Positions 1 through 10,019 of a stretch of DNA of 64,000 nt are shown here, piece after piece. The stretch spans positions 547,247 to 611,246 of the forward strand of contig CP174359.1 in the NCBI GenBank assembly GCA_045401115.1, given 5' to 3'. Position 1 is the first letter of the stretch; each line of letters opens with the position of its first letter. The notes beneath the pieces were generated by a model. It was not told the DNA's origin and did no database searches. It saw only the letters and a program-made list of their open reading frames with translations. This DNA comes from Candidatus Phycocordibacter aenigmaticus (GTDB taxonomy: Bacteria; Patescibacteriota; Minisyncoccia; Phycocordibacterales; Phycocordibacteraceae). A program made the position numbers and the translations under genes.

Positions 1-18
1 ATGCATCTTAAACACATT

Positions 19-459
19 CTATGCCTTAACCACGTTTACCGTAAACGTGGTTTTTTTGTTTCCACCGGTTACCTCAATAGTGTAATCGCCTATATGTTTT
101 ATAGATTCAAATACTAAGGCGGATTCAGGTAGTGTCACTTTCAGTTCTTTTTCAAGAGCGTTAACAATGTCTTTAGTATGAATTGCTTTAAATAACTTCC
201 CCGCATCATTTGCAGACACTGCCATACTAATTTGTGAACCGGAAACCGCTTCTATATTCTTTAATAGTAACGATTTGTTAAAAGCTTTTTTTTCAGCAAC
301 ACTCCCCTGTTCTTTTTGAAATCGTGCCTTATTTTGCGGCGTTGCGGGTATCGCACTTTTTTGAGGTAAAAGAACGTTTTGCGCGTATCCCGCAGAAACA
401 GAAACAATCTCATGTTTACGTCCAACTTTTTTGATATCTTTCAATAAAATAACCTCCAT
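19..459 (-). CDS. rplI: 50S ribosomal protein L9
   Basis: 146 aa; N-terminus MEVILLKDIKKVGRKHEIVSVSAGYAQNVLLP is typical of L9; size fits. Confidence 0.88.
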   Translation of the reverse strand: MEVILLKDIKKVGRKHEIVSVSAGYAQNVLLPQKSAIPATPQNKARFQKEQGSVAEKKAFNKSLLLKNIEAVSGSQISMAVSANDAGKLFKAIHTKDIVNALEKELKVTLPESALVFESIKHIGDYTIEVTGGNKKTTFTVNVVKA

Positions 460-462
460 ATG

Positions 463-1695
463 CTACTCATTCCCTGAAAGTAAAAACTCAACAGCTCGTT
501 CAAGTTGTGGATCTCGTCCAGCTTCACGGTCCTCAAGTGTCATGGAAACTTCAATATCAGGATCAACTCCACCAGCTGAAATTGAATTACCGTTCGGAGT
601 AAGCCAATGCGCGACGGTAATTTTAATTGATGAATCATCGGTCACATCAAAAACTTGTTGCACGGAACCTTTACCAAATGAGGTTTCCCCAATAATGGTT
701 GCAATGCCATGCTCACGGAGCGCACCAGCAAGAATCTCAGATGCTGAAGCCGATCCTTTGTCGAGTAAAATAACCAATTTTAACTCATCAGTAAAGACAT
801 CGTACCCACGACTACGATGTACATTGTTTCGAGTAGCATCACCATAATCTTCCGTAACAATAACCTTACCTGCCGGTAGGAACCAGCTCGCAATATCTAC
901 TGCAACTTCAAGGAAACCACCTGGATTGCCACGTAAATCTATAATCATCTTATTAGTTCGTGCGTCAGCAAATTCGGCAATCGCATCACGGAAACGCTGT
1001 GGCGCAAATGCATTGAAACTATAGAGCTGTAGTACAAATACACCGTCTTCACGTACCGTAGTGTCAACAGTCGGTAATTGGATAGTGTCACGAATCACTT
1101 CGATCTCTAATGGAGCTGCTACATCATCTCGAACGATAGTAAAGGCTACTGGGGTTCCTTTTTCCCCACGAATTCGCTTTACTGCCTCCTCAATAGTCAT
1201 ATCGGCCGTACTCTCACCATCAATAGCAACAATTTTATCGGCACTTTGAATTCCTGCATTCCATGCTGGAGTTCCTTGAATTGGCGAAACGACCGTCAAC
1301 ACATCATCACGGATACTGATTTCCATACCAACTCCTTCAAAATCGCCCCGGACTGAACTCTCAAAAATTTCCTTTTCTTCAGGAGGAAGGAAAGTAGTAT
1401 GAGGATCACCGTATGACTTCGTAAGCCCTTCTGTTGCACCCCAAACACGTTCTTCTATTGTTGTAGACGCAGTGGTTGTTGCAGCAGGTGTATAGTGTTC
1501 TTCTAAAAGCCGCCACGCACTATACAGTGGTCCAAAATCAACATCTTCAGGTGGTAATGTTGAAACAGTGTTTGCACCAGCGAAAGAGGTGGTTTGTGAA
1601 GCACCGACATATATCCCGAAACCAAACACCACCACAATCAATGCTGCGCCGGCAAGTAAAAAACGAGTTTTTTTCTCTGTGGAGTCTTTTATCAT
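463..1695 (-). CDS. carboxyl-terminal processing protease (S41 family, PDZ-containing)
   Basis: 410 aa; N-terminal TM anchor; PDZ-like GDFEGVGMEI segment; S41 catalytic region LVILLDKGSASASEILAGAL (Ser) with downstream K; tail-specific protease architecture. Confidence 0.82.
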   Translation of the reverse strand: MIKDSTEKKTRFLLAGAALIVVVFGFGIYVGASQTTSFAGANTVSTLPPEDVDFGPLYSAWRLLEEHYTPAATTTASTTIEERVWGATEGLTKSYGDPHTTFLPPEEKEIFESSVRGDFEGVGMEISIRDDVLTVVSPIQGTPAWNAGIQSADKIVAIDGESTADMTIEEAVKRIRGEKGTPVAFTIVRDDVAAPLEIEVIRDTIQLPTVDTTVREDGVFVLQLYSFNAFAPQRFRDAIAEFADARTNKMIIDLRGNPGGFLEVAVDIASWFLPAGKVIVTEDYGDATRNNVHRSRGYDVFTDELKLVILLDKGSASASEILAGALREHGIATIIGETSFGKGSVQQVFDVTDDSSIKITVAHWLTPNGNSISAGGVDPDIEVSMTLEDREAGRDPQLERAVEFLLSGNE

Positions 1696-1816
1696 TTACC
1701 ATATTGTGCCATAGAAAAAGAGACACTGCATGCTTTATTGTAAACCTTATCCCTACCCACATAATATAGCTTGGCACTACTGTAGGTAAAAATCTTCTAA
1801 GGTATACTGAAACTAA

Positions 1817-2731
1817 ATGATAAACCGATACCAATATAATGAACTCGTTTGGATTGATATTGAAAGTCCAACCGCAGGAGATATTGAAGAAATTGCTAAC
1901 GAGTTTGACCTTGGGCCACTTCTTATCGAAGAATTACTCACTCCTACAGCAAAACCACGTACCGATATGTATCCAGACTTTGTATACACGGTTTTGCATT
2001 TCCCAGCCATGCGCTATACACACGGCCTTGAGACTGATCATGAAATTGACATCATCCTTGGGTCGAAATTTATGATTACCGCACATTACTCAACAGCAAG
2101 TGCTACGTATGACCTTGCACGGACATTTGAAGCAACCACACTCTTGCACCGGACATCAAAGAAAATAAACGTTGGACATATTTTTCTTGAACTTGCACAA
2201 CGTCTCTATCAGGCAGCAGATAACGAACTTGATGCCCTTGAGGGAGTAACTGCAGATATTGAAGATAATATTTTTGACGGCAAAGAACGAGAAATGGTCA
2301 CCGCCATCTCATATACCCATCGAGAGCTTCTTACTCATAAACGCCTTATCAGCACGCACCATGACAGTCTCCAAGTGCTTGAAAAAGCTACCCGTACCCT
2401 CTTTGGTGAGACCTATGCACATCAAATACGTGCTGCTGTAGCATTGCATTATCGAGTATATAATCGCGTACTGACTATGCACGACATTCTCAATGAACTT
2501 CGTGAGACAAATATGGCGCTTCTTTATACAAGACAGAATGAGATTATGAAAAATCTCACGATTATTGCATTTATTACCTTTCCGCTTACTCTCCTCGCGG
2601 CTGTCTTTGGTATGAACACAGTCGGTACTCCTCTTGTTGACCACCCACAAGGGTTCTGGATCATCGTCACCGGTATGGCGATACTCACATTTCTCTTCTT
2701 TGCATACTTTAAAGCCAAAAAATGGTTCTAA
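1817..2731 (+). CDS. corA: CorA-family Mg2+/Co2+ transporter
   Basis: 304 aa; C-terminal two TM helices flanking the signature GMN motif (AVFGMNTVG); cytoplasmic N-domain. Confidence 0.8.
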   Translation: MINRYQYNELVWIDIESPTAGDIEEIANEFDLGPLLIEELLTPTAKPRTDMYPDFVYTVLHFPAMRYTHGLETDHEIDIILGSKFMITAHYSTASATYDLARTFEATTLLHRTSKKINVGHIFLELAQRLYQAADNELDALEGVTADIEDNIFDGKEREMVTAISYTHRELLTHKRLISTHHDSLQVLEKATRTLFGETYAHQIRAAVALHYRVYNRVLTMHDILNELRETNMALLYTRQNEIMKNLTIIAFITFPLTLLAAVFGMNTVGTPLVDHPQGFWIIVTGMAILTFLFFAYFKAKKWF

Positions 2732-2859
2732 ACGAACAAAAATAGTAAAAACATTGAGATAGTATCGTATTAAGAACAGGGGAAAACAGGTGGAAAAGTT
2801 GTTGTAAAAACGGCTTTTAGAGATGAGTAAAAAAGAGACTAAAGTGCTAAAATGCTGCT

Positions 2860-4251
2860 ATGACAGGTAAATCTATTTCGAGTCGCGTACCACCACAAAA
2901 CCTTGACGCAGAACGTGCCTTACTTGGTTCGATCATGCTCAAGTCTGATTCAATTCATGATGCGACCGAAACTATTACACCGGAATCTTTTTATGTAGAA
3001 AAACATCGGGCAATTTTCCGTGCCATGCTCGACTTAATGAATGGAGGAAACCCTATTGACCTCCTTTCAATAGCAAACCGCCTTAAAGAAACAAACGATC
3101 TTGACCGTGTAGGTGGAAACGCATATTTAGCTGATCTTGTTGGCACCGTACCATCTTCAGCTAACCTTAAATATTATGCGGAGATTGTACAAAAAAAGGC
3201 GCTCATGCGTAACCTGATAGACGCAGCTACTGAGGTTATCGAGCTTGGGTACGATGAATCACAAGGAATTGAAGACTTACTTGATACCGCCGATAAACGT
3301 ATGGGTGAGGTTACCTCATCCCCTACTATGCGTAAATTCGTCCCCATGAAAGACATGTTGGGAAATGCGTGGGAACGTATTGAAAAGCTTCACAGCTCAG
3401 ACGGTGGAATGCGTGGTGTCCCCAGCGGTTTCCCATCTCTTGATACCCTCCTTGCTGGTTTTCAGCCCTCTGACCTGATTATTCTCGCTGCCCGCCCTTC
3501 TATGGGTAAAACTGCCTTTGCGCTTGATATCGCGCGCCAGAGCGCCGTTAAACACGGAACTCCTGTAGGTATATTCTCTCTTGAAATGAGCTCAGAACAG
3601 TTAGTTGACCGTATGCTTTCTGCTGAGGCACGAGTTAATGCATGGAAACTTCGTACAGGGAAAATTGACTCCGATGAAGAATTCCAAAAAGTGCGTGATG
3701 CTATGGAGACGCTTTCAAAAGCTCCTATTTTTATTGATGATCAACCAGCAACGAATGCCGTCGTTATGCGCTCAGTAGCGCGTCGACTTAAACGTGAACA
3801 TGGTATTGGTCTTTTGATTGTTGATTACCTCCAGCTTATGACACCGACTTCAACACGAGCCTCTGATTCATTAGTTCAGCAAGTGACTGAACTTTCCCGT
3901 TCGCTTAAAACCCTTGCTCGTGAGCTCGAAGTTCCTGTTATTGCGCTCTCACAGCTTTCACGTGCTGTTGAACAACGTCGCGGCAAACCACGCCTCTCTG
4001 ACCTTCGTGATTCGGGTTCTATTGAGCAAGATGCCGACGTAGTAATGTTTATTCATCGAGAAGACAAAATGAGCGATGACCAAAACCGAGAAAACGATAA
4101 CATTGCTGAAATTATGGTTGAAAAACATCGTAATGGTCCTGTAGGGAAAGTTGATCTTTACTTTGATGAAAGACGGGCAACCTTCCTCTCACTTGAAAAG
4201 AGTGATTTTGGATCCTCTCCTGCCCCAACAGAACACGCAACCGACTTTTAG
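2860..4251 (+). CDS. dnaB: replicative DNA helicase DnaB
   Basis: 463 aa; N-terminal LPPQNLDAERALLGSIML; Walker A PSMGKTAF; Walker B LLIVDYLQLM; RecA-like C-domain. Confidence 0.9.
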   Translation: MTGKSISSRVPPQNLDAERALLGSIMLKSDSIHDATETITPESFYVEKHRAIFRAMLDLMNGGNPIDLLSIANRLKETNDLDRVGGNAYLADLVGTVPSSANLKYYAEIVQKKALMRNLIDAATEVIELGYDESQGIEDLLDTADKRMGEVTSSPTMRKFVPMKDMLGNAWERIEKLHSSDGGMRGVPSGFPSLDTLLAGFQPSDLIILAARPSMGKTAFALDIARQSAVKHGTPVGIFSLEMSSEQLVDRMLSAEARVNAWKLRTGKIDSDEEFQKVRDAMETLSKAPIFIDDQPATNAVVMRSVARRLKREHGIGLLIVDYLQLMTPTSTRASDSLVQQVTELSRSLKTLARELEVPVIALSQLSRAVEQRRGKPRLSDLRDSGSIEQDADVVMFIHREDKMSDDQNRENDNIAEIMVEKHRNGPVGKVDLYFDERRATFLSLEKSDFGSSPAPTEHATDF

Positions 4252-4253
4252 TT

Positions 4254-4856
4254 ATGTCACACCCTATTGATGAAATTACTGAGCTCATAGCACGTATGCC
4301 GGGTATTGGTCCCCGACAAGCACGACGTATTGTGCAATTTTTATTACGTTCTGATGCTTCCTATAAACAGAAATTGACCAGTGCTATTTCTCGTATTGCT
4401 GACCACATTTCACAATGTAAGCAGTGTTTTCGCTTTGATGAAGTAGACACTGATCAAGTGTGTACACTCTGTGCTGATACTCAACGAGACCCAACTCTTC
4501 TTATGGTAGTAGAGAAAGATGTCGACATTGAAAGTATTGAACAAGCAGGCATCTACAATGGTTACTATTTTGTGCTTGGCAGTCTTATTCCTCTAGCAAA
4601 GCAACGAAAAAATATTATTGAACCACGCACACATCTTCTCGAAAAACGTCTTGGGAATTCTCAGATAAATGAAGTTATTCTTGCTTTTGCAACTACCCCT
4701 GAGGGAGATTTTACTGCACGTGAATTAAGTACCTTACTCAAAGAAAGGACCCCGCACATACATACCTCTATGCTTGGTCGCGGCCTCTCACTTGGCGCAG
4801 AGATTGAGTACGCCGACCAAGATACACTCCGCAACGCTTTTGATGGTAGACATTAA
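4254..4856 (+). CDS. recR: recombination protein RecR
   Basis: 200 aa; HhH N-terminus (PGIGPRQARRI); C4 zinc finger CKQC..CTLC; Toprim region; 2-nt spacing after dnaB. Confidence 0.9.
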   Translation: MSHPIDEITELIARMPGIGPRQARRIVQFLLRSDASYKQKLTSAISRIADHISQCKQCFRFDEVDTDQVCTLCADTQRDPTLLMVVEKDVDIESIEQAGIYNGYYFVLGSLIPLAKQRKNIIEPRTHLLEKRLGNSQINEVILAFATTPEGDFTARELSTLLKERTPHIHTSMLGRGLSLGAEIEYADQDTLRNAFDGRH

Positions 4857-4883
4857 AAAAACGCCCTAATGGGCGTTTTTTTA
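4855..4883. terminator. bidirectional intrinsic terminator hairpin (ACGCCC-TAAT-GGGCGT flanked by A-run and T-run)
   Basis: Perfect 6-bp GC-rich stem with A7 upstream and T7 downstream; sits between convergent recR (+) and rplU (-). Confidence 0.7.
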
Positions 4884-4893
4884 ATTACTATTT

Positions 4894-5208
4894 TTATACT
4901 GAAGTAATCTTCACTTTTGTAAATGGCTGGCGGTGACCTTTTAACTTAGTACGGTTACTCTTTGGTTTATAGCGAAAGACAATTTTCTTTGGAGCTTTGC
5001 CAGCACCAATTACTTCACCTTCTACTTTAGCGCCTGAAACCGTTGGAGTTCCAATCTCAGTCTTCGTACCATCATCGGTCATCAATACTTCATCAAAAAC
5101 AACCTTATCACCTTTTTGAGGATCTCCAGGAAGTTTCTCTATCGTCAAAAGCGCGTCTTCGTGCGCGATGTACTGCTTCCCGCCTGTTTTAATAACTGCG
5201 ATTTTCAT
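4894..5208 (-). CDS. rplU: 50S ribosomal protein L21
   Basis: 104 aa; MKIAVIKTGGKQYIAHEDALLTIEKL... matches L21; basic C-terminus. Confidence 0.88.
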   Translation of the reverse strand: MKIAVIKTGGKQYIAHEDALLTIEKLPGDPQKGDKVVFDEVLMTDDGTKTEIGTPTVSGAKVEGEVIGAGKAPKKIVFRYKPKSNRTKLKGHRQPFTKVKITSV

Positions 5209-5389
5209 ATGTATATAATTCTATTCTGCTTATTCATCGTCTACCGGACCTTCTGGTTCCGGAACACTAAAAGGGTTCCAATTACGAGGATCTGGCTCGC
5301 TTTGAGGCTGGTCAGCTGGTGTTGGTGCTTGTTCTCTACTCATGGCAGGAATAATACCCGAAAAGCGTGTTTTTAGCAACCCTAAAATA

Positions 5390-6454
5390 CTATTCTCGGT
5401 CCGGCTTTTCAAGCAATTCTGGGCTGATACCTGGTGATGTTTCAGTAATACGCAACACGTCTTTATCGATTTTGCCTAGTTCTTTATATGCTGCATTATA
5501 GTGATTGACAGTAGTGCCTAACGTATTGCCTAATTTTTGCATAAATCCTTCATACGTTTGAAGATGTTTACCCAACTCCCCCACTCGCTTCTGAATTTCT
5601 TCAGCTTTCTTTTCAATGCTGAGCGCCTTAAGGCCTTGTAGCACCGTCTGTAAATATGCCAAGAAGCTTGTGGGTGAGACAATAATTACTTTATATTTAC
5701 TCGAAGCACGTTGAATAAGATTCTCCTCCTCTTGAGCACCCACTTGGTTAGTAAGCAAATCATAATAGATACCTTCTGATGGAATAAACATAAATGCAAA
5801 ATCCATTGTCCCAAGTTCCGGACGAATATACTTTGCCGTTTCTTGAATGCGCATTTTAAGATCATTCACAAAAAGCTTTTCCAATGCTGGTTTTTCTTCA
5901 GGTGCTGCTTGTACTAAACGGTTATAGTTTTCAAGAGAAAACTTTGAATCAACTGGTACTATTTGTTCATTAATAAACACGACGGCGTCAGGAACCAATT
6001 CTTTCCCATCATCATCCTGTCCCAGGCGGTATTGTGTCTGATACATATTAGGTGGTAACACATTCTTCAGTACTGTTTCTAAGTAGTACTCACCGAGTAC
6101 ACCACGTTGTTTTGGATTCTTAAGAATGTCCTGGAGACCTTTTAATTGCTCGGCAAATGATTGTGTTTGAAGACCAATTTCTTTTACACTCGTTACTTCT
6201 TGGGTAATTTCCTTAATGAGACGAGATGACTCTGTAAATTGCCGATGGGCATTCTCTTGCATCGTCTTTGCAGATTCTGATACACGCGCGTCTATTGTTT
6301 TAGTAAGTTCATGCATTTGTTGTTGTAAAAGCGAGAGTCCTTCACTGGGTGTATCATTCTTTTTACTCAAACGAGAAAGAACAAACCATAAAAGTCCACC
6401 GTTGAAAACAACAAGTAACACAATGACAACTACTAAAACTGCTATTGAACTCAT
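5390..6454 (-). CDS. rmuC: DNA recombination protein RmuC
   Basis: 354 aa; N-terminal TM followed by long coiled coil and a C-terminal RmuC-like nuclease-fold region (FMFIPSEGIYY...). Confidence 0.7.
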   Translation of the reverse strand: MSSIAVLVVVIVLLVVFNGGLLWFVLSRLSKKNDTPSEGLSLLQQQMHELTKTIDARVSESAKTMQENAHRQFTESSRLIKEITQEVTSVKEIGLQTQSFAEQLKGLQDILKNPKQRGVLGEYYLETVLKNVLPPNMYQTQYRLGQDDDGKELVPDAVVFINEQIVPVDSKFSLENYNRLVQAAPEEKPALEKLFVNDLKMRIQETAKYIRPELGTMDFAFMFIPSEGIYYDLLTNQVGAQEEENLIQRASSKYKVIIVSPTSFLAYLQTVLQGLKALSIEKKAEEIQKRVGELGKHLQTYEGFMQKLGNTLGTTVNHYNAAYKELGKIDKDVLRITETSPGISPELLEKPDRE

Positions 6455-9138
6455 GCTGTTATCTTACCATTTTTACGAAACGCAACGACCTTAGCGAACT
6501 CAATAGTAATAATATTTGCAATTGCCACACCAATAAGAACTATTATATCGAATGGATTTGGCATAGTGAGTGAAAGCAATGAGCGCAACGGTTCAACAAC
6601 AAGGGAGGCAACAATGCCGAGTGTCGCCACAGCTAAGGCAAACAGGAGATAATGGTTGGTGAATGGATTAATTTCCCAAATTGGTCGATGAAGATTTTTC
6701 AACGATATACCAAAGAATATTGCATCAAGCGAAAGGACTACAAACATGATAGTGCGTACCTCTTCGATTGGAATACCGCGGTTGAGCAGCCACACAAACA
6801 AAGCAATACTAAACAACCCTGAAATAGTACCTGCGATAATAATCAATTTTTTGACTGCCGGAGTTAGTGCCGTTTGTGCGCGAACTTCGTGTGGGCTACG
6901 TTGCATGGCATTTTTTTCATGCGGTTCAAACGCATACCCAAATGTCAGTAAACCTTCTTCAAAGATATTGACCCACAGAATTTGCACCGGAAGCAACGGA
7001 AGGGGCAACCCCGTGATCAATGCCGCACTAATAAGAAATACTTCGTGAAAACTAGTACTAATAAGGTGTGTGATGGCTTTCTTAATATTATCGAGAATGC
7101 GTCGCCCTTCACGTATCGCAGCAACAATGATGCTAAAACTGTCATCTAATAAAATTAAGTCAGATGCTTCACGGGCAACTTCGGTGCCACTACCAACAGC
7201 AATACCGATTTGCGCGCTCTGAAGTGCCGGCGCGTCATTCACACCATCACCCGTCATTGCCACTACCTCGTCATGCGCTTGAAGTACACGTACGAGACGT
7301 TGTTTTTGTTTTGGTAACACCCGTGCAAATACTGGAATAGTGCGTAATGCAGTATAGAGCTCTTCATCGGTCATAGTGTCAATATCAGAGCCCATCACAT
7401 ACCTAGAGCCGACATCAGCAATACCTACCTGTTGAGCTACATTGAGTGCTGTTTCTGGTTTATCGCCCGTTACCATAACCACCCGCACACCGGCACCGTG
7501 AACCTCGGTAATCGCTGCGGGAACCTCTGCTCGTATCGGATCGGCAAAAGCGATAAAACCAATAAACACGGTATCTTGCAACAGCGCTTTTTCATTATCG
7601 CGATCAATCACCTCTCCTTTGTATGGAGTATATGCCACACCGACAATGCGCTTTCCTGCCGTAGCGAGCACCTGTAACTCCTCTCGCAGCGCTTCACGTC
7701 GCTCATTTGAGAGCGCCTCAGGACCCTCCGACCCCTGTATGCGACTCGCCCCCTCTAACACCACCTCTGGTGCGCCTGAAATATAAAGATGTGCCACTTC
7801 ATCTTCATCGGCATATAACGCCGCAGCAAACTGTCTATCGGAATTGAACTTCAGTGTATCAATTTTCTGTTGTCCCGGTGTAAGCATCTTTTCAGTGAGT
7901 CCATTTTTTCGGGCAGCCGTAAGTATTGCCCGCTCAAGCGGATCACCGCCATATACCTCGTTAGTGTCGTTAATATAGTACGACTCTGAAACATACATAG
8001 CGGCAGTAAGCAGCCTCTCTTGTGTTGAAGAAAGTTCTCCTGGGATATATACTCCCTTGTCTTCGTGCGTTATAAGACCCGCAACACTCATACTTGCCTG
8101 CGTCAGAGTACCCGTCTTATCGGTAATAATAATGGTAGTTGATCCAAGTGTTTCGGCAGCAAGTAAATTACGTACTAACCCTTTCTTCTTTAATATCTCC
8201 TCCATCCCCACTGCGAGAATAACAGTCACCGCAGCTGGAAGACCTTCGGGAACCAATGAGACGGCGAGCGCAATAGCGAGGATGATGATCTCTGAAAATG
8301 GCATACCACGAAGGAAGCCAAGTACGATAAGACCAGTGATTACAATAACCACCATAATACTCAAAAAATGCGCCAGACGACTTACACTCTTTTCAATAGG
8401 TGTTTCAGCTGCCTTGTAGTTGTTTAAGCTTTCAGCAATAGTGCCAATCTCCGCATCCTCTCCTGTTTTGATTACCACCCCTTGCGCTGATCCTGTTAAT
8501 ACAGGCGATCCGGAAAAGAGTATATTCGTTCGCTCATAGATCATTGCTTCATGAGAAAGGGTCCCGGATGTTTTATGTACTGAACTAGATTCTCCAGTTA
8601 AATGCGCCTCAGATACACTGAGATCGCGCTCACTAATAAGATATGCGTCAGCAGGTATGATTCCCCCAGCCTCAACAAAAAATATATCACCCGGTACCAA
8701 GTTCCGCGCTGAAACAACGGCTCGCTCCCCGTCACGTAATACGGTAACTTCATGTTCTTCTGAGGTAAGGAGTGCAAGGAATGAACGTTGTGCACGATAT
8801 TCCTGTACAAAGCCAATAATCACATTTACCAACAACGCCAACATAATCACTATCGCATCAACCTTTTCACCTAAATAGAGCGCACCAAGTCCGGCAAGAA
8901 TTAAAATCACCACCAAAGGACTTTTAAATTGCAGCAAAAAAGTTTTTATAGGAGAAGAACTTTGTTTCTCTTCGAGTGTGTTATAGCCGCATTCTTTGTG
9001 GCGTTTTTCTACTTCATCAAAAGAAAGGCCGGATGATTCTGATGTAGCAAGCTGTTCAAGAACCACTTCTTTAGAAAGCGTATGCCAAGAATCTTTTTTT
9101 TCAGAAAGGAAATCTTTCTTAGCGGTATTATTTTTCAT
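6451..9138 (-). CDS. cation-transporting P-type ATPase (P2-type, Ca2+/Mg2+-like)
   Basis: 895 aa; phosphorylation motif DKTGTLT; hinge MTGDGVNDAPAL; TGES actuator motif; 8-10 TM helices; 4-nt overlap with rmuC. Confidence 0.9.
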   Translation of the reverse strand: MKNNTAKKDFLSEKKDSWHTLSKEVVLEQLATSESSGLSFDEVEKRHKECGYNTLEEKQSSSPIKTFLLQFKSPLVVILILAGLGALYLGEKVDAIVIMLALLVNVIIGFVQEYRAQRSFLALLTSEEHEVTVLRDGERAVVSARNLVPGDIFFVEAGGIIPADAYLISERDLSVSEAHLTGESSSVHKTSGTLSHEAMIYERTNILFSGSPVLTGSAQGVVIKTGEDAEIGTIAESLNNYKAAETPIEKSVSRLAHFLSIMVVIVITGLIVLGFLRGMPFSEIIILAIALAVSLVPEGLPAAVTVILAVGMEEILKKKGLVRNLLAAETLGSTTIIITDKTGTLTQASMSVAGLITHEDKGVYIPGELSSTQERLLTAAMYVSESYYINDTNEVYGGDPLERAILTAARKNGLTEKMLTPGQQKIDTLKFNSDRQFAAALYADEDEVAHLYISGAPEVVLEGASRIQGSEGPEALSNERREALREELQVLATAGKRIVGVAYTPYKGEVIDRDNEKALLQDTVFIGFIAFADPIRAEVPAAITEVHGAGVRVVMVTGDKPETALNVAQQVGIADVGSRYVMGSDIDTMTDEELYTALRTIPVFARVLPKQKQRLVRVLQAHDEVVAMTGDGVNDAPALQSAQIGIAVGSGTEVAREASDLILLDDSFSIIVAAIREGRRILDNIKKAITHLISTSFHEVFLISAALITGLPLPLLPVQILWVNIFEEGLLTFGYAFEPHEKNAMQRSPHEVRAQTALTPAVKKLIIIAGTISGLFSIALFVWLLNRGIPIEEVRTIMFVVLSLDAIFFGISLKNLHRPIWEINPFTNHYLLFALAVATLGIVASLVVEPLRSLLSLTMPNPFDIIVLIGVAIANIITIEFAKVVAFRKNGKITA

Positions 9139-9250
9139 AGTAAATAGATATATCTAAAAATTCTTTTGATGGTTATTAATATGGTTATTTTTTACATCAC
9201 ACATGTTCACCCACTCTTACTATACCGCGCTCAATGCTATACTTATCCCT

Positions 9251-9700
9251 ATGATACAAAATGATGTGAAAGAAGCAGCTACCGCCGCTATGCGAGCGCG
9301 AGACCAGCAAACACTCACCACGCTTCGTGGCCTTTCGGCGGCATTTACTAATGAGTTGGTCACTCAACACAGGAAACCTGACGAAGCACTTTCAGACGAA
9401 GACGCTATTACTATTATTCGTCGCGAAGTAAAAAAACGCAAAGAAGCCGCTGAAGCGTTTGAAAATGCCGGTCGCACTGAGTCTGCAGAAAAAGAGCGTG
9501 CCGAACAAGCTATTCTTGAAACGTACCTCCCTGCTCAGATGAGCGAAGAAGATATTGCTGTTGTGGTAAAGAAAAAACAAGAAGAGCTTGGTATTACCGA
9601 TAAAAAAGATATGGGTCGTCTTATGGGAGCAATTATGCAAGAACTTAAAGGAAAAGCTGATGGCGATCTCGTTAAAAAGGTGGTAGAAAGTGTTCTATAG
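9251..9700 (+). CDS. yqeY: GatB/YqeY domain protein
   Basis: About 150 aa from the internal Met (MIQNDVKEAATAAMRARDQ...); YqeY-like helical protein with RREVKKRKEAAEAFENAGR...YLP segment; the ORF-track start at 9203 is probably too long. Confidence 0.7.
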   Translation: MIQNDVKEAATAAMRARDQQTLTTLRGLSAAFTNELVTQHRKPDEALSDEDAITIIRREVKKRKEAAEAFENAGRTESAEKERAEQAILETYLPAQMSEEDIAVVVKKKQEELGITDKKDMGRLMGAIMQELKGKADGDLVKKVVESVL

Positions 9701-9753
9701 TAACAAATACAGCATCTTGACAAGATATATATAAATGGTATATTACCACTTAT

Positions 9754-9954
9754 ATGGAAGGAAAAAATCTTGAATTTGATTTTCAAAATACAACTTTTCA
9801 GTCTCAACGACGCCGAATAAAACCCGGTATAGATACTGAACCACCAATGACAAGACAAGAAAATCCTGATGAATGTCCAAACTGTGGGTGTATTTGTCCT
9901 GGCTGTAACTGTAAACATTACTGCCCTAAATGTTTTTGCAATCACGAAAACTAA
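9754..9954 (+). CDS. small cysteine-rich protein (40-aa N-terminal region plus 26-aa core with 9 Cys: CPNCGCICPGCNCKHYCPKCFC)
   Basis: 66-aa ORF in its own intergenic unit; sigma70-like promoter upstream (TTGACA ... TATATT around 9716-9745); strong terminator immediately downstream; no homolog recognised. Confidence 0.45.
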   Translation: MEGKNLEFDFQNTTFQSQRRRIKPGIDTEPPMTRQENPDECPNCGCICPGCNCKHYCPKCFCNHEN

Positions 9955-9966
9955 TATCTCTAGTTA

Positions 9967-9998
9967 TAAAAAATGGCTCACCTTAGTGAGCCATTTTT
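9967..9998. terminator. bidirectional intrinsic terminator (AAAAAATGGCTCACC-TTAG-GTGAGCCATTTTTT)
   Basis: Perfect palindrome with A-run and T-run; lies between convergent genes. Confidence 0.75.
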
Positions 9999-10019
9999 TA
10001 TGTAGCTGATTTTTATTTG

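Noticed and set aside
431-847. 138-aa plus-strand ORF
   Set aside because: Lies entirely antisense within the well-supported S41 protease gene; Ser/Pro-rich low-complexity translation typical of antisense frames.
5230-5412. 60-aa acidic, Pro-rich minus-strand ORF between rmuC and rplU
   Set aside because: Overlaps the rmuC start by 23 nt; low-complexity sequence (PEPEGPVDDE); could be real but there is no supporting motif. Not called.
8057-8419. 120-aa ORF, plus other ORFs of 60-100 aa antisense to the P-type ATPase (6746-7048, 7432-7677, 8598-8878)
   Set aside because: All are embedded antisense in a 895-aa gene with intact P-type ATPase motifs; no independent signals.
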